Positions 20,133-30,294 of a stretch of DNA of 64,000 nt are shown in pieces. The position numbers and the translations under genes were made by a program. Positions within the stretch are counted from its first letter, which is position 1. The number at the start of each line of letters is the position of its first letter. Under the pieces are notes generated by a model. It was not told where the DNA came from, ran no database searches, and saw only the letters and a list, made by a program, of their open reading frames with translations. Source of the DNA: a bacterium (GTDB lineage: Bacteria > Hinthialibacterota > Hinthialibacteria > Hinthialibacterales > Hinthialibacteraceae); assembly GCA_963662285.2 (NCBI GenBank), contig CAXXMV010000002.1, positions 192,001 to 256,000 of the forward strand, read 5' to 3'.

Positions 20133-21019
20133 CAATATGGTTCAAACCAGGTTATGGGATCCGTGCGTAATTTATCTCTGAATCGGTGGACTTCTTGAAC
20201 AATCGAGAAGAAATCTGATGGAGCTTCAACAAACGTGGAATCTAATTCTCCGAATATTCTCTGGTATAACCGCTTAAAACCTTCTATGTCATCTGAAGCA
20301 TAAAACAGGTCCTTAAGCAGTTTTGTTTGTGAAAGCAGGTTTTGTTTTGTTAAAGTATCTTCAACTTCTATAGCTGCTTCTTCAGCAGAGTTTACAAGTT
20401 TAACTTTATCTCCCATTACATTTTCTATAACGTGGTCGATCAAAGGGTAATGAGTGCAGCCTAATATCACGGCGTCTAAATTTTCTTCTACCAGCGGCGC
20501 AAGGTATCTCTTGGCGATATCCAGTGTAATGGAATCATTTTCCCAGCCTTCCTCTACCAGCGGAACAAATAAAGGGCAGGCCTGCGCGATAATATGAAGA
20601 GACTTATTCTTTTCTAAAAGACGTTTTTGATACGCGCCGCTTTGAATGGTGCTTTTCGTTCCAATAACTCCGATGCGAAGGGATTTGCTTTCCGAAATAG
20701 CCGCTCTTACTCCCGGTTCCACAACGCCAATTACCGGTCCATCGAATTGTTCCCTGATTTCAGGTAATGAAACAGATGAAACCGTATTACAGGCAACCAC
20801 AATCATTTTAACATTGTGGCTTTTTAGAAAACGGGTAATTTCAACGCTGTATCGTTTAACTGTTTCGGGAGATTTTGTTCCATAGGGAACTCTGGCGGTA
20901 TCTCCGAAATAGCACAGAGTTTCGTTTGACAAACGCTTTCTCAATGCCCGTGCCACAGTTAATCCCCCGATGCCTGAATCGAAGATGCCTATTGGTCTGT
21001 CGATGCGACTATTATTCAT
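20132..21019 (-). CDS. murI: Glutamate racemase
   Basis: FDSGIGGLTV, PYG, ACNT, LGCTHYP. Confidence 0.96.
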   Translation of the reverse strand: MNNSRIDRPIGIFDSGIGGLTVARALRKRLSNETLCYFGDTARVPYGTKSPETVKRYSVEITRFLKSHNVKMIVVACNTVSSVSLPEIREQFDGPVIGVVEPGVRAAISESKSLRIGVIGTKSTIQSGAYQKRLLEKNKSLHIIAQACPLFVPLVEEGWENDSITLDIAKRYLAPLVEENLDAVILGCTHYPLIDHVIENVMGDKVKLVNSAEEAAIEVEDTLTKQNLLSQTKLLKDLFYASDDIEGFKRLYQRIFGELDSTFVEAPSDFFSIVQEVHRFRDKLRTDPITWFEPY

Positions 21020-21095
21020 TATAATGATTCCACTCTAACAATATTCGAAAAATTTTATTATCATTCCTTTGTAGGAAAATTTTATTTTAATCATT

Positions 21096-21385
21096 ATATG
21101 CACAAGGCGGTCTGTGGATAAGATGTGGATGCCAATGGCAAAAGCATGTAATAAATTGTGAATTATTCGGATGAAACAGGCCGAAAATCGTGTGATATCA
21201 TAAAAAAGCCTTTGTTTTTGTCATAAAATGATAATAAATCAATATATACTAAATTATTGTAACCATAATATTATAGAATAATAACACTGTGGATAATATG
21301 AAAATGATGAAAACATATCTTAAGTATTCCCGGCACTTAAGCCTTAATTGCTGAGGTCTACATGTTGTGAGTATTGTGTGTATAA
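21096..21385. promoter_or_regulatory. DnaA-box cluster (oriC-like or DnaA titration site)
   Basis: Perfect TGTGGATAA at 21113 and 21288, TGTGTATAA at 21377, plus near matches at 21096, 21124, 21157 and 21366 in AT-rich DNA. Confidence 0.65.
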
Positions 21386-21586
21386 TACGCTATATATAGT
21401 TGTCTCATACACCTATTTTTCATAAGAGATTTTTTATTAAAAAAAAAGACGAATTTACCTGGTTTACAATTCAAATTCATGGTGAATAAGACGATTCCGT
21501 TATCGTAAATAAAATAAAAACAAAGAATTTCGATTGATTGGGAACATAAAATACCAATAATTCGACCAAATAAGAAGGATAAAAGA

Positions 21587-22177
21587 TTGAGTCCTCACGA
21601 TAAAAACCGCGAGGAAGAGCGCAAGTTGATTTCCCTTTGTCAGGAGGGAGATAAAATTGCGTTTGAAAGATTATATCGTCTTTATAGTAAAGATGTTTTT
21701 ACAATGGCTATCCGGATGGTAAATTCGGAAGATATTGCAGAGGAAGTAACCCAGGAAGTATTTATCTCGGTTTTTAAGGATATCAGGAAGTTTCAATTTC
21801 AGTCTGCTTTTACTACCTGGTTGTATAGCATCGTTTACAGAAGAGCAGCGGATCAATTTCGCAAAATACGCAAGCATAAAGATAATACAGTTTCATTTGT
21901 TCAGAATGATGAAAACTCTACGGTTATAGAAATCCGGGATGCCGGAGCATCTCCAGGCGATATAGCTATTGAAAAGGAGCGTATTCAGTATATAGAAAAG
22001 GCGATTGCTTCATTAAGCCCGAAGCAAAGATCTATTATGGTACTGCGATATAATCACAATTTGAGTTATGAAGAGATTGCTTTGGTATTAAAATGTAGAA
22101 TCGGGACGGTAAAATCCCGTTTGAATCGCGCCCATAAGACAATGGAAATCAAACTTGATCTTCTTAAGTTATTATAA
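21587..22177 (+). CDS. ECF RNA polymerase sigma factor (RpoE/SigW-like)
   Basis: GDKIAFERLY, AEEVTQEVF, FTTWLY, LSYEEIA..GTVKSRLNRA. Confidence 0.93.
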   Translation: MSPHDKNREEERKLISLCQEGDKIAFERLYRLYSKDVFTMAIRMVNSEDIAEEVTQEVFISVFKDIRKFQFQSAFTTWLYSIVYRRAADQFRKIRKHKDNTVSFVQNDENSTVIEIRDAGASPGDIAIEKERIQYIEKAIASLSPKQRSIMVLRYNHNLSYEEIALVLKCRIGTVKSRLNRAHKTMEIKLDLLKLL

Positions 22178-22222
22178 TATAGGTAGGCATAATCCGAAAC
22201 AAAGAAAAATACGGATAATCCG

Positions 22223-22741
22223 ATGAAAAAAAACGATTCTAAACAACCATTTTCCAGTGATTTATCCCGGGATATTCTTCGAAGGTATCTTGAAGGGGAA
22301 ACAACGGATACAGAAAATCAGCTTGTCCAGCGATATCTGGATGATACTACAAGTGGTCGTGAAGAATTAGATAATATTAACCAGTACCTTCATGATCTAA
22401 GAAAAATGCCCCGATTTTCACCTCCAGATCGCGTATGGGCGAAAATTCAAAGTAATATTGAGGATGTTTCTCCCTCTCAGGTATGGTTTCCCTGGGCGTA
22501 TTCATACTCATCATGGGGCTTCTTTTCGAAAGTTATCCCGGTTGTTTTGCTATTACTGGCGGTTTTGGGTATTGGCAATACGTTTTTGTCTGAACCAACC
22601 TATGATGTTATTTTAGTCGAAGAAGTAAATGGTTTTGGCCAGGAAGCGGAATCATATATTGCCTATCATGATCTTTCGGGCGATCCATTGCCCGTTCGTG
22701 AAAGCGTTGTGGCATTCTGTACTAATGGCAGGGTTGAATGA
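22223..22741 (+). CDS. Putative single-TM anti-sigma factor
   Basis: Follows the ECF sigma; ASD-like N-terminus (YLEGE), one TM helix. Confidence 0.75.
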   Translation: MKKNDSKQPFSSDLSRDILRRYLEGETTDTENQLVQRYLDDTTSGREELDNINQYLHDLRKMPRFSPPDRVWAKIQSNIEDVSPSQVWFPWAYSYSSWGFFSKVIPVVLLLLAVLGIGNTFLSEPTYDVILVEEVNGFGQEAESYIAYHDLSGDPLPVRESVVAFCTNGRVE

Positions 22742-23817
22742 TTTATCCTCGTTTTATAAAATTCTTTTGCATAGTTATCCTGGCCTCTGTAAATATGGCG
22801 TCTGCTAAAGAGGATAAACTATCTGTATTGCTCAGGCAATCAATAGAAGTGGCGCAAACCATCCCCTATGACGGCGTAATTGTATTTCGTTATAAAATCC
22901 ATGAGGGAGAAGTTACTTCGAAAATAAAGGCTCAGCGATATTCTTCTGAAGTCCAGCGAATGGAGATACTTGAGCCGGAGGTACTTAAAAAGCACATCAT
23001 TACAAGAATAAACGATGTTACCTGGATGAGTCCTGTTTCCAAAGAAGATATGATGAAACTTCCAGAGGAAATCCGATATTATCACTGGTATCTGATTTCA
23101 AGGGATATAACCGCCGCCATAAAACATGAAGAATTGGATCTATTTCTTAAAAATTATCAATTGGTTGAAGAAGATTCCTGCCAAGTGGCGCAACGCAAAG
23201 TAAAAACAATTTATATAACAGGGCTTTATCGCCATCGACCTTCTCTTCGCATCTGGATTGATTATAAAACAAAAATGCCGCTGAAATATGAGATATATGA
23301 TTCAGAAAAACAAGTAACAAAATCAGTTGAATTCGAGAGAATCGATTTTATAAAAGATAATGAAGAAGATATGATAAATACTGAGGGATTAGAAAAAATC
23401 ACTCCACCCAAACGTAATAATGACAATAATGTTGAAGAATTAGATTTTAAGCCGCTTTGTTTGGAAACGTTACCTCAAGGTTTTGAAGAACTAGCTAGTC
23501 ATTCCTGGAAGCATGAGCATGGAATTATTTATGAAACTCAATACAGAGATGGTTTTGCGAATTTCACAATTTACCAACGCAAGCAGACAGAAGAAGAGAG
23601 GGAAAATCAATTAAAAGAACCGAAAGAAGAACAGGATAAAGCAAAAAAAATAATTCGTTTTGGAAGAGAAATTTATTATAGAGACTTAAATGGAGTTAGA
23701 GTATCTGTGGTTGGTAGTGGAGTTCATGCAAAAGGTTTACGCTACCTGATATATCATGTGGCGCCAAATCTTTCCGACGAAAAATCCCAGCAAAAAAAGC
23801 CTCAAAAAGCCCAATAA
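22738..23817 (+). CDS. MucB/RseB-like periplasmic sigma regulator
   Basis: Signal peptide; VAQRKV, WIDYKTKMPLKYE, LPQGFE, YRDGFANFTIY; ATGA overlap. Confidence 0.72.
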   Translation: MIYPRFIKFFCIVILASVNMASAKEDKLSVLLRQSIEVAQTIPYDGVIVFRYKIHEGEVTSKIKAQRYSSEVQRMEILEPEVLKKHIITRINDVTWMSPVSKEDMMKLPEEIRYYHWYLISRDITAAIKHEELDLFLKNYQLVEEDSCQVAQRKVKTIYITGLYRHRPSLRIWIDYKTKMPLKYEIYDSEKQVTKSVEFERIDFIKDNEEDMINTEGLEKITPPKRNNDNNVEELDFKPLCLETLPQGFEELASHSWKHEHGIIYETQYRDGFANFTIYQRKQTEEERENQLKEPKEEQDKAKKIIRFGREIYYRDLNGVRVSVVGSGVHAKGLRYLIYHVAPNLSDEKSQQKKPQKAQ

Positions 23818-23872
23818 GACAAGCTCGTTTAACAGGTTTTTTTGAAGGTAAAACCTGATTTCAAAAACCTAT

Positions 23873-24691
23873 CTAACAAAACAACACTGTATAGACGAAC
23901 ATGGCAGGACCAATCCACAACATCGAATCCATCATATCCAAAAATCCGCCATGACCAGTATTTATTGTTCCTGAATCTTTAATGCCGGCATCGCGTTTCA
24001 TGGCAGACTCGCAAAGATCCCCAACCTGTCCCACCGCTGAGAGAACTATGGTTATGATGATGATATGGCCATACCTATGTGGTCCGTTCAACCAGAGAGT
24101 ATTCCCATTATAAATGCTATAAAAGTATGCGGTAATAAGTATGATAGCGGTTGTTAGAAAGGCGCCAGATATAGCGCCTTCCCAGGTTTTGTTGGGGCTG
24201 AGAACGGGAGCTAACTTATGCTTACCCACTGCTCTACCGCCATAATAGGCGCCTGTATCCGTCAAGCAAGCTACAGACAAAATGAAGAATAAAAACGCTG
24301 GTCCGTGGTCGATGCTGCGTAGATACACGAAACTGGAAAGAGGTAAAAGTAGATAAATCAGAAGCAATCCGTGAGTAGCGAATTCATAACGGCTGCCTTG
24401 GACGGTTTTGCTCATGGAAATCAGGCAACTGCCCCAGAAAAAAAGAAAAGTAATTACAAGTAGGGATGGGATGTTATGCCAAACAGTGAAAACAAGAAAG
24501 AGAATAGCCAACAGGTTTTGCCAGATGAGAAGAGACCTGCGTCGTGGGGCGCCGAAAAGATTATAAATCTCTTCATGAGCAAAATAGAATGCGGCTGACG
24601 CAATAACAGCTGCCAGCCAAACGCCATAAGACCAAAAAACGCAGATTAAAAATAATATCAGGGCGATAAACCCGGTGATCTCACGCCTCAA
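23873..24691 (-). CDS. cdsA: Phosphatidate cytidylyltransferase
   Basis: DTGAY, SPNKTWEG, GDLCESAMKR..IKDSG..GHGG.LD. Confidence 0.95.
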   Translation of the reverse strand: MRREITGFIALILFLICVFWSYGVWLAAVIASAAFYFAHEEIYNLFGAPRRRSLLIWQNLLAILFLVFTVWHNIPSLLVITFLFFWGSCLISMSKTVQGSRYEFATHGLLLIYLLLPLSSFVYLRSIDHGPAFLFFILSVACLTDTGAYYGGRAVGKHKLAPVLSPNKTWEGAISGAFLTTAIILITAYFYSIYNGNTLWLNGPHRYGHIIIITIVLSAVGQVGDLCESAMKRDAGIKDSGTINTGHGGFLDMMDSMLWIGPAMFVYTVLFC

Positions 24692-24758
24692 ATTACTAAC
24701 TCCTTATTATTGGTTTTGCAAATTCATCAGGCCGCTTGACGTATCGGGCGCCTATGAA

Positions 24759-24925
24759 GGGCAATGTCATGCAGTTAAGGAATGTCACCCTATAAATGGT
24801 GGCTTGATCAAGGGCTGACCGCAATGCGGTCTTGCCCTTGCCACCCATCTTGTTGTCCCCTCTCCCGCCGGGAGAGGGTTAGGGTGAGGGGGATGTACAA
24901 AACAACTTAACTTAATGACATTACC
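24759..24925. mobile_element. MITE-like element with ~20-bp TIRs and ATGAA target duplication, carrying family-A and family-C hairpins
   Basis: Left GGCAATGTCATGCAGTTAAG, right CTTAACTTAATGACATTACC; ATGAA at 24754-24758 and 24926-24930. Confidence 0.75.
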
Positions 24926-24991
24926 ATGAAAGGCGCCCCTAAATGGTAAAACCATCGATTTCTCGATAGATTATCCGGTACAACAATTATG

Positions 24992-25792
24992 TCAAATAGC
25001 CCCGTCAATATCAACGCCGCCGAATCTTCGTTGACGGTTTTGGAATTCACGTAGAGCTTCGAATAGGCTATCCCGCTTAAAATCAGGCCATAGAACGGGT
25101 GTAATCCATATTTCTGAATAAGCGATTTGCCATAATAAAAAATTGGAAACGCGCATCTCCCCGCTGGTTCTAATTAAGAGATCGGGATCAGGGGTATTGG
25201 CGGTATGGAGGTGCTGGGAAAAGATATCAGGAGTAATATTCTCAATATTGATTTTGCCGACCTGTACTTCTTGTACGATTGTTTTGACTGCATCTACTAT
25301 TTCAAGCCTTCCACCATAGGAGAGAGCCAGAGTTAATTGCATTTTATTACCGCCAGCCGTTGTTATGCGAGCATTTTCCAAAGTGCGTTGAACGGTTGAA
25401 GGCAGATCGCTTAAACGGCCAATGGCATTCAGTCGTATATCATTATCCGTCATCTCGCGAATTTCCCGTTTGAGAAAGTTGCATAAAAGAATCATCAGTG
25501 CATTTATTTCTGGGCCGGGGCGTTTCCAATTTTCGGCGGAAAATGCGTATAGGGTAAGATATGGGATTTCAAGGCTGCGGCAGACGCGGACAATCTCTTT
25601 AACAGATTTTATGCCGGAGCGGTGGCCTTCGATCCTGGGTCTATGCATTGAGCGCGCCCAACGGCCATTGCCATCCATAATAATGGCCACATGGCGGGGT
25701 AAGCGAGTCAGGTCTACTCCAGCCGATTGCGCCTGCTTTAACGTCTCTTCCTGATGGGGTGGACGATATACTGTATCTGTTGCCTGAGGCAC
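24992..25792 (-). CDS. uppS: Isoprenyl transferase (undecaprenyl diphosphate synthase)
   Basis: HVAIIMDGNGRWA, YAFSAENWKRP, DPDLLIRTSGE.RVSNFLLWQ. Confidence 0.96.
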   Translation of the reverse strand: MPQATDTVYRPPHQEETLKQAQSAGVDLTRLPRHVAIIMDGNGRWARSMHRPRIEGHRSGIKSVKEIVRVCRSLEIPYLTLYAFSAENWKRPGPEINALMILLCNFLKREIREMTDNDIRLNAIGRLSDLPSTVQRTLENARITTAGGNKMQLTLALSYGGRLEIVDAVKTIVQEVQVGKINIENITPDIFSQHLHTANTPDPDLLIRTSGEMRVSNFLLWQIAYSEIWITPVLWPDFKRDSLFEALREFQNRQRRFGGVDIDGAI

Positions 25793-25913
25793 TTAAATCT
25801 CCCAATCACTTGATCCCTGGTGGGATAGATTGAAAATGTCTGTTGTTATAATAAAACCTACTCGATAAACAATAAGGATGTAGGCTGAAAGTTTAATACT
25901 AAAGAGCTATACT

Positions 25914-26912
25914 TTGAATATGCAGAATACCAGCAGTCTTGAATACAATCAACGCACAATCCCTGTACAACCGCGTTTCTGCGCTATTGTCGGGCCAACC
26001 GCTTCAGGCAAAACTGATCTGGCTATTGCATTGGCGAAATATCTGGGTAGCGAGATTTTATGCGTTGATGCGATTCAAGTCTATCGAGGATTAAATATCG
26101 GATCAGCTAAACCCGGCATCGAAGAACGCAATGGCATTGTTCATCATGGACTTGATCTGGTTTCTCCATTGGAACAATTCAGCGCTTCCCGCTTTGAATC
26201 TTATGCAGAAAAAAAAATTAAAGAAGCGGTTGAAAAGGATAAAATGCTTGTTTTATGCGGGGGAACAGGTCTATATTACCGCGCTTTGCTGGAGGGATTT
26301 TTCGAAGCGCCTGACCCGGAACCTGAATTGCGGGCGGAGTTATACCGTAGAGCGGAAAAAGGCGGCCTGGATGCTTTGTATACCGAGTTAGAATCGCGTG
26401 ATTTTGAAACCGCACAGAAAATTCATCCTAATGATGCACGGCGTATAATCAGGGCTTTGGAAATAATAATGCAAACCGGAGTCAGCGTGACCGAATTGCG
26501 CCGCAGCCAAAAGCGAAAACCCTGGTTTGATCAAACCGTCTTTATTGGCATCCAGCGCGAGCGGGAAGATTTAGTAGAGCGGATTCAGCGTAGGACAGAC
26601 TGGATGTATGAAAATGGATTGGTCGAAGAGACGCGCTGGTTGCTGGAGATAGGATGTGGACCAAATAATACGGCCATGCAGGCGTTGGGTTATAAAGAAT
26701 GTTATGAATATTTATTAGGTAAATATAGTCTGCAAGAGACAGTTGAAATTACCGCCCGTGAAACCGGCCGGTATGCCAGGAGGCAAATGACATGGTTCCG
26801 GCGGCAGTGTCCTACGAAGTGGGTTAATGTAAATAATGCAATAGATTTGCGCCAAATCGTGGAAGAATCCTTGCAACTTTGGCGGAACAGTGATAACAAT
26901 ATACTATTGTAA
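25914..26912 (+). CDS. miaA: tRNA dimethylallyltransferase
   Basis: GPTASGKT, IGSAKP, GGTGLY, RIIRALE, QALGYKE, YARRQMTWF. Confidence 0.96.
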   Translation: MNMQNTSSLEYNQRTIPVQPRFCAIVGPTASGKTDLAIALAKYLGSEILCVDAIQVYRGLNIGSAKPGIEERNGIVHHGLDLVSPLEQFSASRFESYAEKKIKEAVEKDKMLVLCGGTGLYYRALLEGFFEAPDPEPELRAELYRRAEKGGLDALYTELESRDFETAQKIHPNDARRIIRALEIIMQTGVSVTELRRSQKRKPWFDQTVFIGIQREREDLVERIQRRTDWMYENGLVEETRWLLEIGCGPNNTAMQALGYKECYEYLLGKYSLQETVEITARETGRYARRQMTWFRRQCPTKWVNVNNAIDLRQIVEESLQLWRNSDNNILL

Positions 26913-26994
26913 ATGTTGTATATTTGTATTATCATCTTTGATATAACTGAATTGCCCTAGAATCCAAGGGAAATGCTCCGGAGGGAGATGCTTA

Positions 26995-27312
26995 ATGGTT
27001 GTCAAAAGTGTAATGAATATCCAAGATAGCTTTCTCAATCAAGCAAGACGTGAGAAAGTTTCGCTCAATGTTCACCTCGTCGATGGTTCCGACCTGCATG
27101 GGAAGATATCTGCGTTCGACAATTTTACGATTATTCTTCTCAACGATGAGCGGGAAGAGCAGTATTTGATCTACAAGCATTCAATTGCTACTGTTATGCC
27201 CGCTGCCAAGACGCGCGTCCGTTGGAATCAAATGGAGCGTGTTGAGGGAGGCGGACATAGTAGTGGTCATGTAAGCAGCAGCCGCGGAATGCACCGCGAA
27301 GATGGAGATTAA
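26995..27312 (+). CDS. hfq: RNA chaperone Hfq
   Basis: NIQDSFLN, G.ISAFDNF, IYKHSIAT; miaA-hfq-hflX synteny. Confidence 0.95.
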   Translation: MVVKSVMNIQDSFLNQARREKVSLNVHLVDGSDLHGKISAFDNFTIILLNDEREEQYLIYKHSIATVMPAAKTRVRWNQMERVEGGGHSSGHVSSSRGMHREDGD

Positions 27313-27382
27313 TTTTCTCCGATTAGAATGAAAACATATAAGAACTATCCTCTCTTTGTAGTCTTAATGAGGGGATAGTTTC

Positions 27383-28573
27383 TTGTGTTTATCCTGGGAG
27401 TCACAAAATAATTTGACGCATTCTACGAGTATTAAGAAAGAAAAAGCATTACTTGTTGTTGCTAATTCTGGTAATATCCTTCCCCATTTTGTTGAATACC
27501 AAGTAGAAGAACTGCGTAAATTGGCGCGCACGGCTGGCGCCGATATCTCTGATGTATGCACCCAAAATCTAAAGTCGATTAATTCCGCTACGTATATTGG
27601 CAAGGGGAAAATTGAAGAGATCAAGCAGATGATTTATGAAAAGGAATTTGATATAATTCTTTTTAATCATGACCTTTCTCCTGTTCAGCAGCGAAATCTG
27701 GAACGTTCATTTAAAATACGCACTATAGACCGCACGGAATTAATTCTGGATATTTTCTCGCAACACGCCCAAACAAAAGACGGCCAGATCCAGGTTGAAT
27801 TAGCTCAATTGCGATATCTGCGTCCACGTCTTACCGGCAGGGGAATTGAACTTTCCCGTTTAGGCGGGGGGATTGGAACGCGGGGACCGGGCGAAACCAA
27901 ACTGGAAGTGGATCGCCGTAAAATTGATAACCGAATCTCCCGTTTGCGTAAGGATTGGTTGAAGATACGAAAATCGAGAAGGCTGCAAAGGAAATCCCGG
28001 CAACGTCAAAACATTGATACTACAGTATTAATAGGATATACCAATGCCGGTAAATCCACTCTGTTGAATCGTTTAACTACGGCCAAGGTGCTGGCCAGGG
28101 ATCAGCTTTTCTCCACGGTAGATACGACTACGCGGCGTTTAGTTCTTCCTGATGGCGCAACGCTTCTTGTATCGGATACGGTTGGATTTATATCAGATTT
28201 GCCTGCCCCGCTGCTGGCGGCTTTTAGAGCCACTTTGGAGGTGGTTGAAGAAGCCACCTTGCTATTGCATGTGGTTGACGCCAGTTCTCCTATTATGGAA
28301 GAGCAGATCCATGCGGTTAATGAAATATTAGCAAGTTTAGAGTGCTCTCAAAAACCGGTTCTGACTATCTTTAACAAGCTGGATCAAATTGAAGATGACC
28401 TCGAATTGAAAGACATGGAGCGCTGTTTGGAGCCTAGCGTAAGGTGTTCGGCGCTCCATGATATCGACTTAATCGAAGTTAAAGACAAAATTGCTATGTT
28501 ATTGAAACAGACTAAAGAAACTATTCAAAATGCTCCTGTGGAAGAAGATATTTTTTTCCAGAGGTTTGATTAA
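27383..28573 (+). CDS. hflX: GTPase HflX
   Basis: GIGTRGPGETKLE, GYTNAGKS, SDTVGF, NKLD; TTG start uncertain. Confidence 0.95.
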   Translation: MCLSWESQNNLTHSTSIKKEKALLVVANSGNILPHFVEYQVEELRKLARTAGADISDVCTQNLKSINSATYIGKGKIEEIKQMIYEKEFDIILFNHDLSPVQQRNLERSFKIRTIDRTELILDIFSQHAQTKDGQIQVELAQLRYLRPRLTGRGIELSRLGGGIGTRGPGETKLEVDRRKIDNRISRLRKDWLKIRKSRRLQRKSRQRQNIDTTVLIGYTNAGKSTLLNRLTTAKVLARDQLFSTVDTTTRRLVLPDGATLLVSDTVGFISDLPAPLLAAFRATLEVVEEATLLLHVVDASSPIMEEQIHAVNEILASLECSQKPVLTIFNKLDQIEDDLELKDMERCLEPSVRCSALHDIDLIEVKDKIAMLLKQTKETIQNAPVEEDIFFQRFD

Positions 28574-28607
28574 TAAAAGTGAATTGTATTAATCCTTGCC
28601 TTAATTA

Positions 28608-28656
28608 GGTGGTTTGATCAAGGGCTGACCGCATTGCGGTCTTACCCTTGCCACCC
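28608..28656 (+). repeat. Family A palindromic repeat
   Basis: Near-identical to 43-91; lies between convergent genes. Confidence 0.9.
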
Positions 28657-28671
28657 GATTTGCCGCCTATC

Positions 28672-29796
28672 TCACGATTTCAATTTATCTGGATTTAATC
28701 CTTCTAATTCCGGTAAGATGAATAATCCATCTTTGCGGATCAAAACGTCATCAAAATAGATTTCTCCACCGCCATATTCCGGTCGTTGAATAAGAACCAG
28801 GTCCCAGTGCAAAGCTGATTTGTTGCCGTTTGAGGCGTCGTCGTAACAGCATCCCAGCGCCATGTGCAGCGATCCGGCGATTTTTTCGTCGAACAGCGTG
28901 TCATTCATCGGTTCGAGGATATATGGATTGTAGCCCAGCGCGAATTCTCCAAAATAAGAGGCGCCATCGTCGGAATTAATGACTTGTCGCAATTTTTCGG
29001 TATTGGCGCCGGAATCCATGTCGATAACCTGGCCGTCTTTGATGGTTAATTGAGCGTAATTATATTGAACACCCTCATGAACGGACGAGGCGTTGAAGCG
29101 TATGGTTCCATTAACAGATTTACGCACGGGCGCGGTGAAGCATTCGCCGTCGGGAATATTCATCTCGCCGGAACATGGGATTGCCGGAATATCTTTTATG
29201 GAAAAATGCAAATCGGTTCCCGGCGACGCGATGTGAACTTTATCCGTCTTATTCATCAGCTCTTTTAATGGTTGTACAGCATCGTCCATTTTTTTATAAT
29301 CCAGGCAGCAAACATCATAATAAAAGCGCTGAAATGACTCGGAGGATTGCTTGGCTAATTGGCACATAGAGGGGTTGGGATAGCGTAAGACGCACCATCT
29401 AGTGTTTTTCACCCGTTCTTCGATGTGCACCGGGCCGACAATGTATTTGTCGTACAATTCCAGTTGTTTTTTAGGGATATCGGATAATTCAAAGATATTG
29501 TCGCTGCCCCTGATTCCGATGAAGACCTGTGCTTGTTTCATTTCCAGCAAGAGAAATTCGCCTAACCTCTGGAAAGTTTGTTCGCTGCTTTCCATCAATA
29601 AACGGCGTGATGACTTATCGTCCTCAAAATATACATAAGGAACGCCGCCTGCTTTAATGGTTTCCGTCATCACTGCTTCAACCAAATCACGCGTATCAAA
29701 GCCTTTGCCATGAATAAATACCAAGTCTCCTTCAGAGACTTTTGTAGAGAAATTGACGATAGTATGGGCTAGTTTTTGGATTTGTTGATAAAACAT
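28672..29796 (-). CDS. Aminopeptidase, peptidase family M29 (AmpS/aminopeptidase T-like)
   Basis: NIPDGECFTAP, GEFALG, LFDEKIAGSLHMALG, SALHWD. Confidence 0.92.
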   Translation of the reverse strand: MFYQQIQKLAHTIVNFSTKVSEGDLVFIHGKGFDTRDLVEAVMTETIKAGGVPYVYFEDDKSSRRLLMESSEQTFQRLGEFLLLEMKQAQVFIGIRGSDNIFELSDIPKKQLELYDKYIVGPVHIEERVKNTRWCVLRYPNPSMCQLAKQSSESFQRFYYDVCCLDYKKMDDAVQPLKELMNKTDKVHIASPGTDLHFSIKDIPAIPCSGEMNIPDGECFTAPVRKSVNGTIRFNASSVHEGVQYNYAQLTIKDGQVIDMDSGANTEKLRQVINSDDGASYFGEFALGYNPYILEPMNDTLFDEKIAGSLHMALGCCYDDASNGNKSALHWDLVLIQRPEYGGGEIYFDDVLIRKDGLFILPELEGLNPDKLKS

Positions 29797-29875
29797 GAGG
29801 GCTCCTTTAAATTCATTGATAAGAACTATTCTATAAGTGGTGGGTCTGGATATCTATGTTGGTGGTGTCTTGGGC

Positions 29876-30201
29876 GGGTGGCAAGGGAAGTGTATTTTCT
29901 GCCCTTGATTGAGTTCACCTCATTTATTTCTATAGTTTTTATCAACAATCCACATTGAAAGGAAAATCGAATTCAATTTTTTGTGCTTATAATTGGATTA
30001 TAAAGAATCAAGATTCATTTTGTTTTTCCAAGGTTTCCAGTCAAGGGCAGAAAGGACGCTGCCCTTGGCACCCTTATTGATCTATTCATAGCAATGAATT
30101 ATGACAAAACTTTTGGGTAAAGATCAGCACGGAGGGGGATGGAGAAGCGTAATTTATTGTATTCCAGGGAGGCTTGGGCGCCCCACAAGAAGCGCCCCTA
30201 C
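29876..30201. repeat. Repeat cluster: inverted pair of A' hairpins (29876-29909 minus, 30041-30073 plus) and a GGGCG..CGCCCCTAC REP (30176-30201)
   Basis: TCAAGGGCAGAAA..GCCCTTG(G)CACCC motif read in both orientations. Confidence 0.75.
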
Positions 30202-30294
30202 TGATTTGGATTATGTGGATAAAACTTAAATCAATGGTGGATTAAACAGGTAGTAATTTATTCTTAACATGGATTATGGTACAATCCTATTACT

